A DNA stretch of 64,000 bases, from positions 2,319-66,318 of IMG/VR virus record IMGVR_UViG_3300003323_000550; one strand, given 5' to 3'. Both the position numbers and the translations under genes were made by a program. The stretch comes from a virus. Shown one piece after another: positions 17,199-26,264 of this stretch (position 1 is its first letter; the number at the start of each line of letters is the position of its first letter). The notes below the pieces were generated by a model. The model was given only the letters and a program-made list of their open reading frames with translations. It was not told the origin of the DNA and searched no databases.

Positions 17199-19205
17199 AT
17201 GTCCCTGCTCCGCGGTGCCGTGCTCGCTTTCATCCTCGCGCTGGCCCCTGCGGCAGCCGAGGCGCAATCGACGGTGTTGCAGGCCGGTCCTTGGGCCTCC
17301 GGCCACGCGCCGATGTATACCAACTCGGGCGGCAGTCAGCCGATCGTGGTCGACAGCGGCACGGCGGGCGGTGGGGGCGCCGGCGTCGGGCTCAAGGAGC
17401 TCGGCATCACGGTGCGCGGCACCGGCACGCCGCCCTATGCCAATGCCGGCACCGGGCCGAACGGCGAGAACATCTGCGACTACGACGCGCCGACCACCAA
17501 CGCCACCGGCTACCACTATCTCTGCATGTCGCCCAATGCCCAGGGTGGCGGTCTCATCAGCTACGGCGCGGCGGGAGCGGCGACGACGTTGCCCCTCAAC
17601 TTCCTCGTTAACGGCACCAGCTACGAGTTCCCATTCTCGATCGGCGGTGTCGTCGGCCCTGCCTCGTCGGTGGTCAATGATGCGGCCTGCTGGAACAATA
17701 CCTCGGGCACGCTGCTCAAGGATTGCGGCGCGTTCGTTACCGTCGGCGGCAACAATACCTGGACTGGAACGAACAATTTTACCGGTCCCTTCCAGATCAA
17801 CTCGGTGCCGCAGACCTTCCCGCCCAGTGGCAACATCGTCGGCACCTCGGACAGCCAGACGCTGACCAATAAGTCGATCGGTGCCAGCCAGATCAACTCC
17901 GGCACCTTGCCCGCCACTGTGATGCCGGCGCTCACCGGCGATGTCACTTCATCGGCCGGCACGGTGTCGACCACGATCGCCAACGGTGTGGTCACCAATG
18001 CCAAACTGGCGACCGCAACGCAGAACACGGTCAAGGGCGCTGCAGTCTCGACGGCGGTGACCGACCTGGCCGTGCCATCGTGCTCGAGCGCCAACAATGC
18101 GTTGCAGTGGACCACCAATACCGGCTTCTCCTGCGCGACGGTCACGGCCTCGACCGCCGGGTTCGGCATCAATCTAAGTGGCGGCGTCTTTTCGATTTCC
18201 CAGACCCAGCCGCCTTACGGCTTCGATATGCCCGTCAACATGGGGCTGACGGCCAGTGTCGGCGGCTCCAACCTGACGATCAACGTCGTCGGCGCGAATG
18301 GATCGGCACCCAGTGCGTCCAACCCGGTGATGATCCCATTCCGGTCGACGACGTTGACCACGGGAACGCCTGTGTGGGTCGCGATCACGTCCGCCCAGTC
18401 GCTGGTAATTCCCTCGGGTGCCACTTTGGGGACGTCCAACGGCGTGCCGTTCAGGATCTGGCTGTTCGAGACTTACAGCTCGGGCACACCGCAGATCGGC
18501 GCGGCCATCTGCACGGTCTCGCCGACGACTTACCCTTGCTCATCGTGGGAAACCACCCGCCAGACATCGACCACGATCACCGGCCTGTCGACGTCGCCTG
18601 GAACCCTCTACACGACGACGGGTGTCTCGAACGATGCAGTTCGGATCATTGGCTATGCCGAGTATGCCAATGGCCTGACCACCGCCGGTCTCTATGCTTC
18701 GGTGCCAACAACGCTACAATTGATGGGACCGGGCGTCGCTCGTCCAGGCACAATCATCCAGAGCCCGCGCACCGATACCGGAGCCGTGGCCACGGGCACC
18801 ACAGTTATTCCGGCTGACGACACGATCCCTCAGAATACCGAAGGCGACCAGTATATGTCGCAGGCGATCACGCCTCGCAGCACCTGCAATTTGCTGCGCG
18901 TTTCGGTTCTGGCTGGCGCTCTCTCGAACACGACCGGCGCAGGCATCTTTATGACTGGAGCACTGTTTCAGGACAGCGTTGCCAGCGCATTGGCGGCTGG
19001 CGGCTTCGTTGAGACCAATGCGCAGTACAACTGGCCGATGACCATGAATGTGACCGTTCTGGCCAACACCGTCAGCACCACGACGTTCAAATTTAGGGCT
19101 GGAGCTTCGTCTGCCGGCACCACGACATTCAACGGTGTCAATGGTGTTCGGCGCTATGGCGGAGTCATCAATTCCTACATGCAAGTCGACGAGATCATGG
19201 GGTGA
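17199..19205 (+). CDS. Signal-peptide-bearing tail-fibre-like protein
   Basis: MSLLRGAVLAFILALAPAAAEA|Q. Fibre motifs QTLTNKS, ALTGDVT, VTNAKLA. Four close Cys pairs plus one further Cys. Confidence 0.8.
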   Translation: MSLLRGAVLAFILALAPAAAEAQSTVLQAGPWASGHAPMYTNSGGSQPIVVDSGTAGGGGAGVGLKELGITVRGTGTPPYANAGTGPNGENICDYDAPTTNATGYHYLCMSPNAQGGGLISYGAAGAATTLPLNFLVNGTSYEFPFSIGGVVGPASSVVNDAACWNNTSGTLLKDCGAFVTVGGNNTWTGTNNFTGPFQINSVPQTFPPSGNIVGTSDSQTLTNKSIGASQINSGTLPATVMPALTGDVTSSAGTVSTTIANGVVTNAKLATATQNTVKGAAVSTAVTDLAVPSCSSANNALQWTTNTGFSCATVTASTAGFGINLSGGVFSISQTQPPYGFDMPVNMGLTASVGGSNLTINVVGANGSAPSASNPVMIPFRSTTLTTGTPVWVAITSAQSLVIPSGATLGTSNGVPFRIWLFETYSSGTPQIGAAICTVSPTTYPCSSWETTRQTSTTITGLSTSPGTLYTTTGVSNDAVRIIGYAEYANGLTTAGLYASVPTTLQLMGPGVARPGTIIQSPRTDTGAVATGTTVIPADDTIPQNTEGDQYMSQAITPRSTCNLLRVSVLAGALSNTTGAGIFMTGALFQDSVASALAAGGFVETNAQYNWPMTMNVTVLANTVSTTTFKFRAGASSAGTTTFNGVNGVRRYGGVINSYMQVDEIMG

Positions 19206-19208
19206 GCG

Positions 19209-19781
19209 GTGCCCGTCACCAGCAACGATATCGTCAATCAGGCGATCATGCTGATCGGCGACAATCAGACCGCCGTTATCGGAAACGCGCCGAACTTCGA
19301 TAATAGCGCTGCGGGAAAGGCGGCACAGCGACTCTATGCACCATGCGTCGCGACCGTCATGCGGGAGTTCGGTTGGGACGCCGCTCGGCGCTCGGTTGCT
19401 CTGACGCTTAGCGGCAATCCGGCGCCCCTGCCGGGCTGGATCGAATACCTCTATCCGACCAACGGTATCCAAGTCTGGACTCTGCGGCCGGCAGACGCCG
19501 ACATCGATCTCAACAATCCTTTCCCAATCAACTTCGTGGTAGCGAACGCCGTCGTCGCTGCGGTTCAGAAGAAGGTCATCCAGACGCCATTGGCCAACGC
19601 AGTCGCGGTCTACAACAACAACCCGACCGAGGATAACTGGGATCCACTGCTGCGTGAAGCCGTGGTGCGGCTGCTCGCCAGCGAGATGGCGGTGGCTCTC
19701 GCCGGAAAACCGACCACGGCCGAGTTGAACGTGAAAACCGGTGCCGCATTCGAGACCTTGGGTGAGGCCCGGCAAGACTGA
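19209..19781 (+). CDS. Tail adaptor (tail tubular protein A-like), paralogue 1
   Basis: DIVNQAIMLIG...W..ARR..L...W.EYLYP...WDPLLREAVV..LA.E.A..L. Confidence 0.8.
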   Translation: MPVTSNDIVNQAIMLIGDNQTAVIGNAPNFDNSAAGKAAQRLYAPCVATVMREFGWDAARRSVALTLSGNPAPLPGWIEYLYPTNGIQVWTLRPADADIDLNNPFPINFVVANAVVAAVQKKVIQTPLANAVAVYNNNPTEDNWDPLLREAVVRLLASEMAVALAGKPTTAELNVKTGAAFETLGEARQD

Positions 19782-20386
19782 TGGCAAACGTCCTCTCCAC
19801 AGCCGCCGACTTCGTCAATGCCGCCCTCATCAACATCGGCGTCAAACGCCAGATCGGTACGCTCTACGATGGGTCCGACGAGGCCAATGCGGCGCTGGCG
19901 GTCTACGGACAGACCCGTGATCTGCTGATCCGAACCGGCGACTGGCAGTTCGCGCAGCGCACGATCGCGCTCGAGCTCCTGAAGACCGCGCCCGCCTCCT
20001 ACTTGGGCCAGTGGACCAATGCCTATCCGCCGCAGCCATGGTTGTTCGAGTATGCGTATCCCGAGGACATGATCAAGTTGCGGATCGTCAAGCCGACGGC
20101 GGTGCTGTTTCCAGATTTCGACCCGCAGCCCAGTCCGTGGACCATCTACAATGACACCGGCTACAACCCGCCGCGGCGCACCATCCTGTCGAGCGTCCCA
20201 GACGCGCTTGGAGTTTTTGCGGGCCAGATCACCGATCCGCTGACATGGCCACCGGATTTCGGGCAGGCACTTATCGATGCGCTCGCGCTCGCCCTCACCA
20301 CGGCCCTCGCCAGCCCGCAGAGCATTCCGGTCGAGGCAGCGGAAAGTGCTAAAGATACCGCTGCCGCGAAAATGGAGCAGGGTTGA
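19781..20386 (+). CDS. Tail adaptor (tail tubular protein A-like), paralogue 2
   Basis: DFVNAALINIG...WQFAQR..L...WLFEYAYP.D...ITDP..WPPDF..AL...LA. Confidence 0.8.
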   Translation: MANVLSTAADFVNAALINIGVKRQIGTLYDGSDEANAALAVYGQTRDLLIRTGDWQFAQRTIALELLKTAPASYLGQWTNAYPPQPWLFEYAYPEDMIKLRIVKPTAVLFPDFDPQPSPWTIYNDTGYNPPRRTILSSVPDALGVFAGQITDPLTWPPDFGQALIDALALALTTALASPQSIPVEAAESAKDTAAAKMEQG

Positions 20387-21306
20387 TGGCAGGGGTGGTA
20401 GGAGGAGGGACGCCGACCGACGTCGTCAACCAGGCACTCGACGCTATCTTGTGGCCAACGCCGATCGGTGATCTGCAGGATGGTACTGAGCAGGCACAGG
20501 TCGCACTCCGGCACTATGGTCCTTGTCGCCAGCAACTGCTCCGCGCTGCGCACTGGAATTTCGCCCGCTCGGAAGCGCCAATGTTACTGCTCGCTGATCG
20601 GACAGGGCAGACCCCGGATGTGGGCACTCTGGTGCCGGGAGGCTGGACCTACGAGTATGCCTACCCACAAGATGCGGTGAAAGCGCGCTTTGTACCGTGG
20701 AACCGCGAGCAGCCATTCATCCCGGCTGGAAACGACCAGATTCCGACGACGGTGCCGCTGACGAGCGGACTGCAGAACCAGCCGGCTGCGTTCCCGGGGC
20801 AGGCGCGCGTCGCCCGCTTCCTCGAGACGGTCGACACCAACTATCCGGTGGACCTGGGACAGGTGAACTGGGATACCCCGAACGTAAGCCCGCAGGGACG
20901 CAGGGTGATCCTCACCAACGTGCAGGATGCTAAGCTGGTCTACACCCGGGACATCCTCTACCCGGCATTGTGGGATGCGCTGTTCCGCTCGGCGTTGGTT
21001 GCGTACCTCGCCGCCGAGCTCGCCGGGCCGATCTGGTCGAAGGCCGGCAAGGAGAAGTTCGGTCTGCAACTGCGCGACGACCAGAGCGCCATCGTCAAAG
21101 CCAAGGTCGTCGAGGCGCGCATGGCCGACGGCAATGAGGGTATCCATACCTCCGATATCCGGGTCGACTGGATGGACAACCGCCGCGCCGGCGGTTGGGG
21201 CAACAACTGGTTCGGCGCCGGTGGTGGCCCGGGCCTCGGGTACGGTGATGGCGTCACCGGCTACGGGTGGGACAGCTTGGCGTTGCCCGGCGGCGCGGTG
21301 TTCTGA
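20386..21306 (+). CDS. Tail adaptor (tail tubular protein A-like), paralogue 3
   Basis: DVVNQALDAI...LLRAAHWNFAR...WTYEYAYPQD...LVYT....WDALFRSALVAYLA...ARMADGNE. Confidence 0.8.
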   Translation: MAGVVGGGTPTDVVNQALDAILWPTPIGDLQDGTEQAQVALRHYGPCRQQLLRAAHWNFARSEAPMLLLADRTGQTPDVGTLVPGGWTYEYAYPQDAVKARFVPWNREQPFIPAGNDQIPTTVPLTSGLQNQPAAFPGQARVARFLETVDTNYPVDLGQVNWDTPNVSPQGRRVILTNVQDAKLVYTRDILYPALWDALFRSALVAYLAAELAGPIWSKAGKEKFGLQLRDDQSAIVKAKVVEARMADGNEGIHTSDIRVDWMDNRRAGGWGNNWFGAGGGPGLGYGDGVTGYGWDSLALPGGAVF

Positions 21307-24300
21307 TGGCGGTCCCGCTTCTGGACCTCGCATTTGCCACGGGCGAGCTCGCGCCGTCGCTCTATGGTCGCGTCGACATCGACCGGCAGCGCATCGCCTC
21401 GTCCACCTCGCGCAACATGGCGGTGGATTACCGCGGCGCCGCGATCAGCCGAGCCGGCACCAAGTTCGTGGGATTCTCGAAACAGACGGGTCGTGATTTC
21501 CCTCCGCGTCTGATCCCGTTCCAGTTCTCGATCAAGCAGGGCCTCGCGCTCGAGTTCGGACACCGCTACATGCGCGTGATCGCAGATGGCGGTTTCGTCA
21601 CCGAGACCCCGATCGCAATCGCTGGCGTGACGCAGGCGAATCCAGCCGTCATGAGCTTCGGCGCCAGCGGCGCTCAGACCGCGATCCCGGTGAACACGGG
21701 TGTGGTATTCTCCTATGCCCCAGGAGACCAAATCACACTGGCGGGCGGCGAAGCGCTGACCGAGGCAGTGCTGAGCGTCGACACCAGCCAACTCGTATCG
21801 ATCCTCACCAATTCGCGCGGTAGCGGCTATGCGCCAGGCGATACCATCACGCTTGGCGGTGGCACGGCGGCTCCGGCTGCGGTACTAACGGTAAATACTG
21901 TCGCGCCGGTTGCCGCCCGCGGCTTTATCGCGTTCAGCGCCAATCCGACCGATGGCAGCACGATCACGCTCAATGGCGTGGCGTGGACCTTCAAAACCAC
22001 GCCAGTCGGAGCAAACCAGACACAGATACAGGCGACCTTGGCCGGAACGCTTGTCCAGTTGGCGTCGGACCTCAATGCTTCGGCCAACGCCAGCCTTATG
22101 GTGGCCACCTACTCGGCAAATTCGACCGTGCTTTCGGTGGTCTATGACACCACCGGTGTCGGTGGAAATGCCTACACGCTGGTGGCTGGTGCAGGCAGCA
22201 ACGGAACCGTCAGCGGCGCGACGCTCACGGGAGGCACGGCCAGCGGCATCGACACCATTACGATCAGTAACGCGGGCATCTACACGGCGTTGCCGGGCGG
22301 TGGGGTGATGACGCAGTCTGCGACCTCGGGCGGCGGCACTGGAGCGACATTCCAGACGGCCGTATTCGGACCGCATGCAGTCTCGATCACCAATCCCGGT
22401 GTCTACACTACGGTGCCACCAAATCCGGTCGGGCAAGATTTCAGCACTGGCGTGGGACAGGGCGCGCAGTTCATCATGACATGGGCTGCGGTGCCTCCAT
22501 TCGCCAATGGTGATGAGGTGTTCATCACCGGGGTTCAGGGCATGACCGAATTGAACGGTAATGCCTATTTTCTGGCCGCTGTAACTCCGACCACTGCGGC
22601 GCTGGTCGACGTCTACGGCGTGCCGGTGGATTCCACCACCTTTCATGCCTACACCGGCGGCGGCACCGCAGCGCGCATCTACACACTGCCGACGATCTAC
22701 AACGAGGAGGACTTGCGCTGGATCAAGTTCGTCCAGTCGGCGGATGTGATGACCCTATGCTGCGTCAATCAGGACACGCAGACCGAATACCCGCCTCAGG
22801 ATCTCTCCCGCTTCAGCAACATCGACTGGTCGTTCTCCGATGTCGTGGCGGTCTCGTCGGTCGATCCTCCGGCATCGGTGGCGGCGGTCAGCAGCGGTGC
22901 CGGCACGACGTTCTATGAATACGTAGTCACGGCGATCTCACCGATCGACGGCAGCGAGAGTATCGCGTCATCGATCGCGGCAGTGGAAGGGGTTTCGATC
23001 TCGACCACGGCGGGCCAGAACACGATCTCGTGGTCGCCGGTCGAAGGGGTAAGCGAATACAACATCTACAAGGCCCAGCCCAGTTTGGGCTCGCCGGTGC
23101 CCGCTGGCTCGCTGTTCGGCTATATCGGCTCGGCCTACGGCACGCAGTTCATCGACAGCAATATCGTCCCCGCCTTCGCTCAGGTGCCGCCGCGGCACGT
23201 CAACCCATTCGCCCGGGGTGCGGTGATCGGCGTGTCCATCATGAGCGGCGGATCGGGCTACACCACCGCTTCGGCGGCGATCACCTCGGCCACCGGCTCA
23301 GGTGCCGTCCTCGAGGTCGTGGTGCAGAACGGCGCGGTGGTCTCGGTGGTTATCGATGATGCGGGTGCCAACTACCAGAATGGTGACACGATCATCATCA
23401 ACGGCACTGGCACTGGCGCGACCGCAGCACTGCTGATCGGCGCGCAGGATGGCACCTATCCCTCGGTCCCGGGCTATTTCCAGCAGCGTCGGGCCTACGC
23501 GGATTCGCTCAATCAACCCGACACCTACGATATGTCGCAGCCGGGAGCCTATACCAATTTCGACCGTCGCATTCCGCCGATCGACACCGACGCGCTCACC
23601 GGCTCGCCATGGGGCGTGCAGGTCAACGGCATCCAGTTCATGGTCCAGAGCCAGGCGGGATTGGTCATGTTCACTGGCCTGTCGTCATGGCTGCTGAACG
23701 GGGCCGGCAGCTTCGCCACCAATTCCGGCCCGATCACGCCGTCGAGCCAGGATGCGAATCCGCAGCCCTTCACCGGCTGCTCGCCAACGGTGCCGCCGAT
23801 CAAGATCAACAACGACATTATCTATGTCACGGCGATCGCCGGGCTCTACTACGACCTGCCTTACCAGTTGAACCTTTCCGAGCCGCTGGACCTCACCCAG
23901 TATTCGACCCACTTGTTCACCAACCACAGCGTGCTCGAGCACGCTTGGTGCGAGCAGCCCAACAAAATCGTCTGGGTGGTCCGCGACGACGGCATCATGC
24001 TCAGCCTGACCTACCTCAAGGCCGAGAACATCGCTGGTTGGGCGCGGCATGACACGAACGGACAGTTCTGGTCGGTGTGCTCGATCATCGAGCCGCCGGT
24101 GGATGCGCTCTATCTGGCGACCCAGCGGTTCCCAGGAGGCAAGAACGCCTACATGATCGAACGCATGGACAACCGCCTGTGGGATCAGGTGGAGAACTGC
24201 TGGTGCGTGGATTGCGCACTGGCGCTGCCGCAGCCAACCCCGAGCGCCACGCTGACGGCCGACACGCCGACCGGCCTCGGCGCCCTGACCGGCGCCACCG

Positions 24301-25265
24301 TACTGACCGGCGGTAGCGGGTATTCGGCCTCGACGCAGGTGCAGGTCGAGGATGAGGTTGGGGAGGGTTCGGGAGCGGACTTCACCGTCACGATCGATGG
24401 AAGCGGCGCGATCACCGCGCTCAATCTGGTCACGCCCGGATCCGGCTACATCTACCCCAAGATTTCGTTCCTTGACCCGGAAGGAACGGGGCAGGACGCG
24501 ACGGCACATGCTGGGCTCGATAACTCAGCCACTTTCACCGCTTCGGCGGCGGTGTTCGCCGTGGGCGACGTCGGCAAGGTCATCCGCATGGGAAACGGCG
24601 TCGCGACCATTACCGGCTTCACCGATACCCAGACCGTCACGGCGCAGATTACCTCACCGATCACCAAGCTCCGGCCCAATACCGACGACATCGTGCTGCC
24701 GCAGGGTCCAGGCGATTGGACGATGACGCGCCCAATCACGCTGGTCGATGGCCTCGGACATCTGGCAGGCGAGATGGTGACCGGCCTCGCAGATGGCGTC
24801 GTGATCACTCCACAGGTCGTGACTTCCGATGGCACCATCACCTTGGATGCGCCAGCGAGCTCGATCGTCGTCGGCCTCGGCTTTCGTGCACAATTACAGT
24901 CGGTCTATGCCGATGCGGGTTCGCCGACCATTCAGGGCCAGCGCAAGAAGGTCGCTGGCGTCAGTGCGCTGCTCGAGGCGTCACGCGATATCCAGGTCGG
25001 CAGCAATCAGGTGGACGGTTCGACGCTCAATCCACCGCAGATCGCGCCGCCGTGGTCCGACCTCGATCCCTACGACAATCTGCTGCGCGCCCCCTATAAC
25101 AGCATCACCGTTCCGCTCTATAACGGCTACGTCCGCACCACCGTGCAGGGCGGATTCCAGAAGCCGGGCCAGATCGCGTTGCAGCAGGATTTCCCCCTCC
25201 CGATGAATGTGCTGAGCCTCGTGCCGGAACTCGACCCCGGAGACCAGCCGGAGAACAATGGATGA
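21306..25265 (+). CDS. Tail nozzle (tail tubular protein B-like) with inserted beta domains
   Basis: FATGELAPSLYGRVD, RLIPFQFS, LEFG..YMR, QSADV, YP....FQQR, GWARH. Contains an FCCH-like GDEVFITGVQGMTELNG segment. Confidence 0.9.
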   Translation: MAVPLLDLAFATGELAPSLYGRVDIDRQRIASSTSRNMAVDYRGAAISRAGTKFVGFSKQTGRDFPPRLIPFQFSIKQGLALEFGHRYMRVIADGGFVTETPIAIAGVTQANPAVMSFGASGAQTAIPVNTGVVFSYAPGDQITLAGGEALTEAVLSVDTSQLVSILTNSRGSGYAPGDTITLGGGTAAPAAVLTVNTVAPVAARGFIAFSANPTDGSTITLNGVAWTFKTTPVGANQTQIQATLAGTLVQLASDLNASANASLMVATYSANSTVLSVVYDTTGVGGNAYTLVAGAGSNGTVSGATLTGGTASGIDTITISNAGIYTALPGGGVMTQSATSGGGTGATFQTAVFGPHAVSITNPGVYTTVPPNPVGQDFSTGVGQGAQFIMTWAAVPPFANGDEVFITGVQGMTELNGNAYFLAAVTPTTAALVDVYGVPVDSTTFHAYTGGGTAARIYTLPTIYNEEDLRWIKFVQSADVMTLCCVNQDTQTEYPPQDLSRFSNIDWSFSDVVAVSSVDPPASVAAVSSGAGTTFYEYVVTAISPIDGSESIASSIAAVEGVSISTTAGQNTISWSPVEGVSEYNIYKAQPSLGSPVPAGSLFGYIGSAYGTQFIDSNIVPAFAQVPPRHVNPFARGAVIGVSIMSGGSGYTTASAAITSATGSGAVLEVVVQNGAVVSVVIDDAGANYQNGDTIIINGTGTGATAALLIGAQDGTYPSVPGYFQQRRAYADSLNQPDTYDMSQPGAYTNFDRRIPPIDTDALTGSPWGVQVNGIQFMVQSQAGLVMFTGLSSWLLNGAGSFATNSGPITPSSQDANPQPFTGCSPTVPPIKINNDIIYVTAIAGLYYDLPYQLNLSEPLDLTQYSTHLFTNHSVLEHAWCEQPNKIVWVVRDDGIMLSLTYLKAENIAGWARHDTNGQFWSVCSIIEPPVDALYLATQRFPGGKNAYMIERMDNRLWDQVENCWCVDCALALPQPTPSATLTADTPTGLGALTGATVLTGGSGYSASTQVQVEDEVGEGSGADFTVTIDGSGAITALNLVTPGSGYIYPKISFLDPEGTGQDATAHAGLDNSATFTASAAVFAVGDVGKVIRMGNGVATITGFTDTQTVTAQITSPITKLRPNTDDIVLPQGPGDWTMTRPITLVDGLGHLAGEMVTGLADGVVITPQVVTSDGTITLDAPASSIVVGLGFRAQLQSVYADAGSPTIQGQRKKVAGVSALLEASRDIQVGSNQVDGSTLNPPQIAPPWSDLDPYDNLLRAPYNSITVPLYNGYVRTTVQGGFQKPGQIALQQDFPLPMNVLSLVPELDPGDQPENNG

Positions 25266-25726
25266 AGGCCGAACTCGTCGACGCCAGGCCGCACCATTGC
25301 GGGCAGATCGCCCGACGGCTCCGGCGCGACCACGCGGCGGTCCTCGTTCGTATGGGAGTTTCGGCACACCGCGACCTGCGGCAGCGCTTCGATGCGTCCG
25401 CCTACCGCAAGGCATGGCTGGTCGATGGCAAGCTGATGGCGGTGGGCGGCATCGAGGGGCCGCTGGGCAGCGGCGATGGGTGGGGCTGGATGGCCTTCGC
25501 CGAAGACATTGGCCTCGCCAGCAATCACGTCGCGCGGATGATCCTGCGGGAACTGGACCGGGCGTTCCTCGTGAAACAGTCGATCCGCACGTTCGTCCTC
25601 AAGGACGACGAGGCTTCCCTGCGATTTGCCTACTTCCTCGGCTTTCGGGCCGAAAAGACGGAAATCCGCCACGGCGTGCCGGTCATGACCATGGTCGCCG
25701 AGCGGCAGATCAGAAAGGTGGCGTAG
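25262..25726 (+). CDS. GNAT-fold internal virion protein (T7 gp13-like position)
   Basis: LRRD..., LMAVGG, V...DEASLRF..FLGF. Directly after the nozzle. Confidence 0.7.
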   Translation: MKAELVDARPHHCGQIARRLRRDHAAVLVRMGVSAHRDLRQRFDASAYRKAWLVDGKLMAVGGIEGPLGSGDGWGWMAFAEDIGLASNHVARMILRELDRAFLVKQSIRTFVLKDDEASLRFAYFLGFRAEKTEIRHGVPVMTMVAERQIRKVA

Positions 25727-26263
25727 ATGGCATTTCTTGCAGCCGCAGCCCCGATCATCGGCACCATCGCCACCGTGGCGGGCACCGGCATCGCAGCGGC
25801 GGGTGCGCTTGAGGGCGGGGCCTACGCCGCTCAGGTGGCGCGGAACAACAAGACGCTGGCGCTGCAGAATGCCGATTATGCGCGCAACGCCGGACAGGCG
25901 CAGGCCGCCATCACCTCAATGAAAGGGGCGGCCAAGTCCGGTGCCCTGAAGGCGGGCCAGGCGGCGAGCGGCGTGGACGTCAACACCGGCTCGGCGGTCG
26001 ATGTGCAGGCCGGTGAGCGTGAGGCCGACACCCTCGACGCCGAGACCGTGCTGACCAACGCCGAATTGCAGGCTTACGGCTACACCACGCAGGCCGCGAA
26101 TTTCGAGGCCGAGGCGCAGCAGGATGAGACCGCATCCATGTTCGACGCGCTCGGCACGATCGCCTCTGGCGTCGGTAGCGTGGCATCGAAATGGGGCACG
26201 CCGGGGAAGTCTCCCTCCTCGCCCATCCGGGCCGGGGCAAGCTTCGCTCAGGGCGTGACCTGA
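25727..26263 (+). CDS. Ejection protein (T7 gp14-like)
   Basis: Ala/Gly-rich with a hydrophobic N-terminus; AASGVDVNTGSA motif. Confidence 0.8.
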   Translation: MAFLAAAAPIIGTIATVAGTGIAAAGALEGGAYAAQVARNNKTLALQNADYARNAGQAQAAITSMKGAAKSGALKAGQAASGVDVNTGSAVDVQAGEREADTLDAETVLTNAELQAYGYTTQAANFEAEAQQDETASMFDALGTIASGVGSVASKWGTPGKSPSSPIRAGASFAQGVT

Positions 26264-26264
26264 G

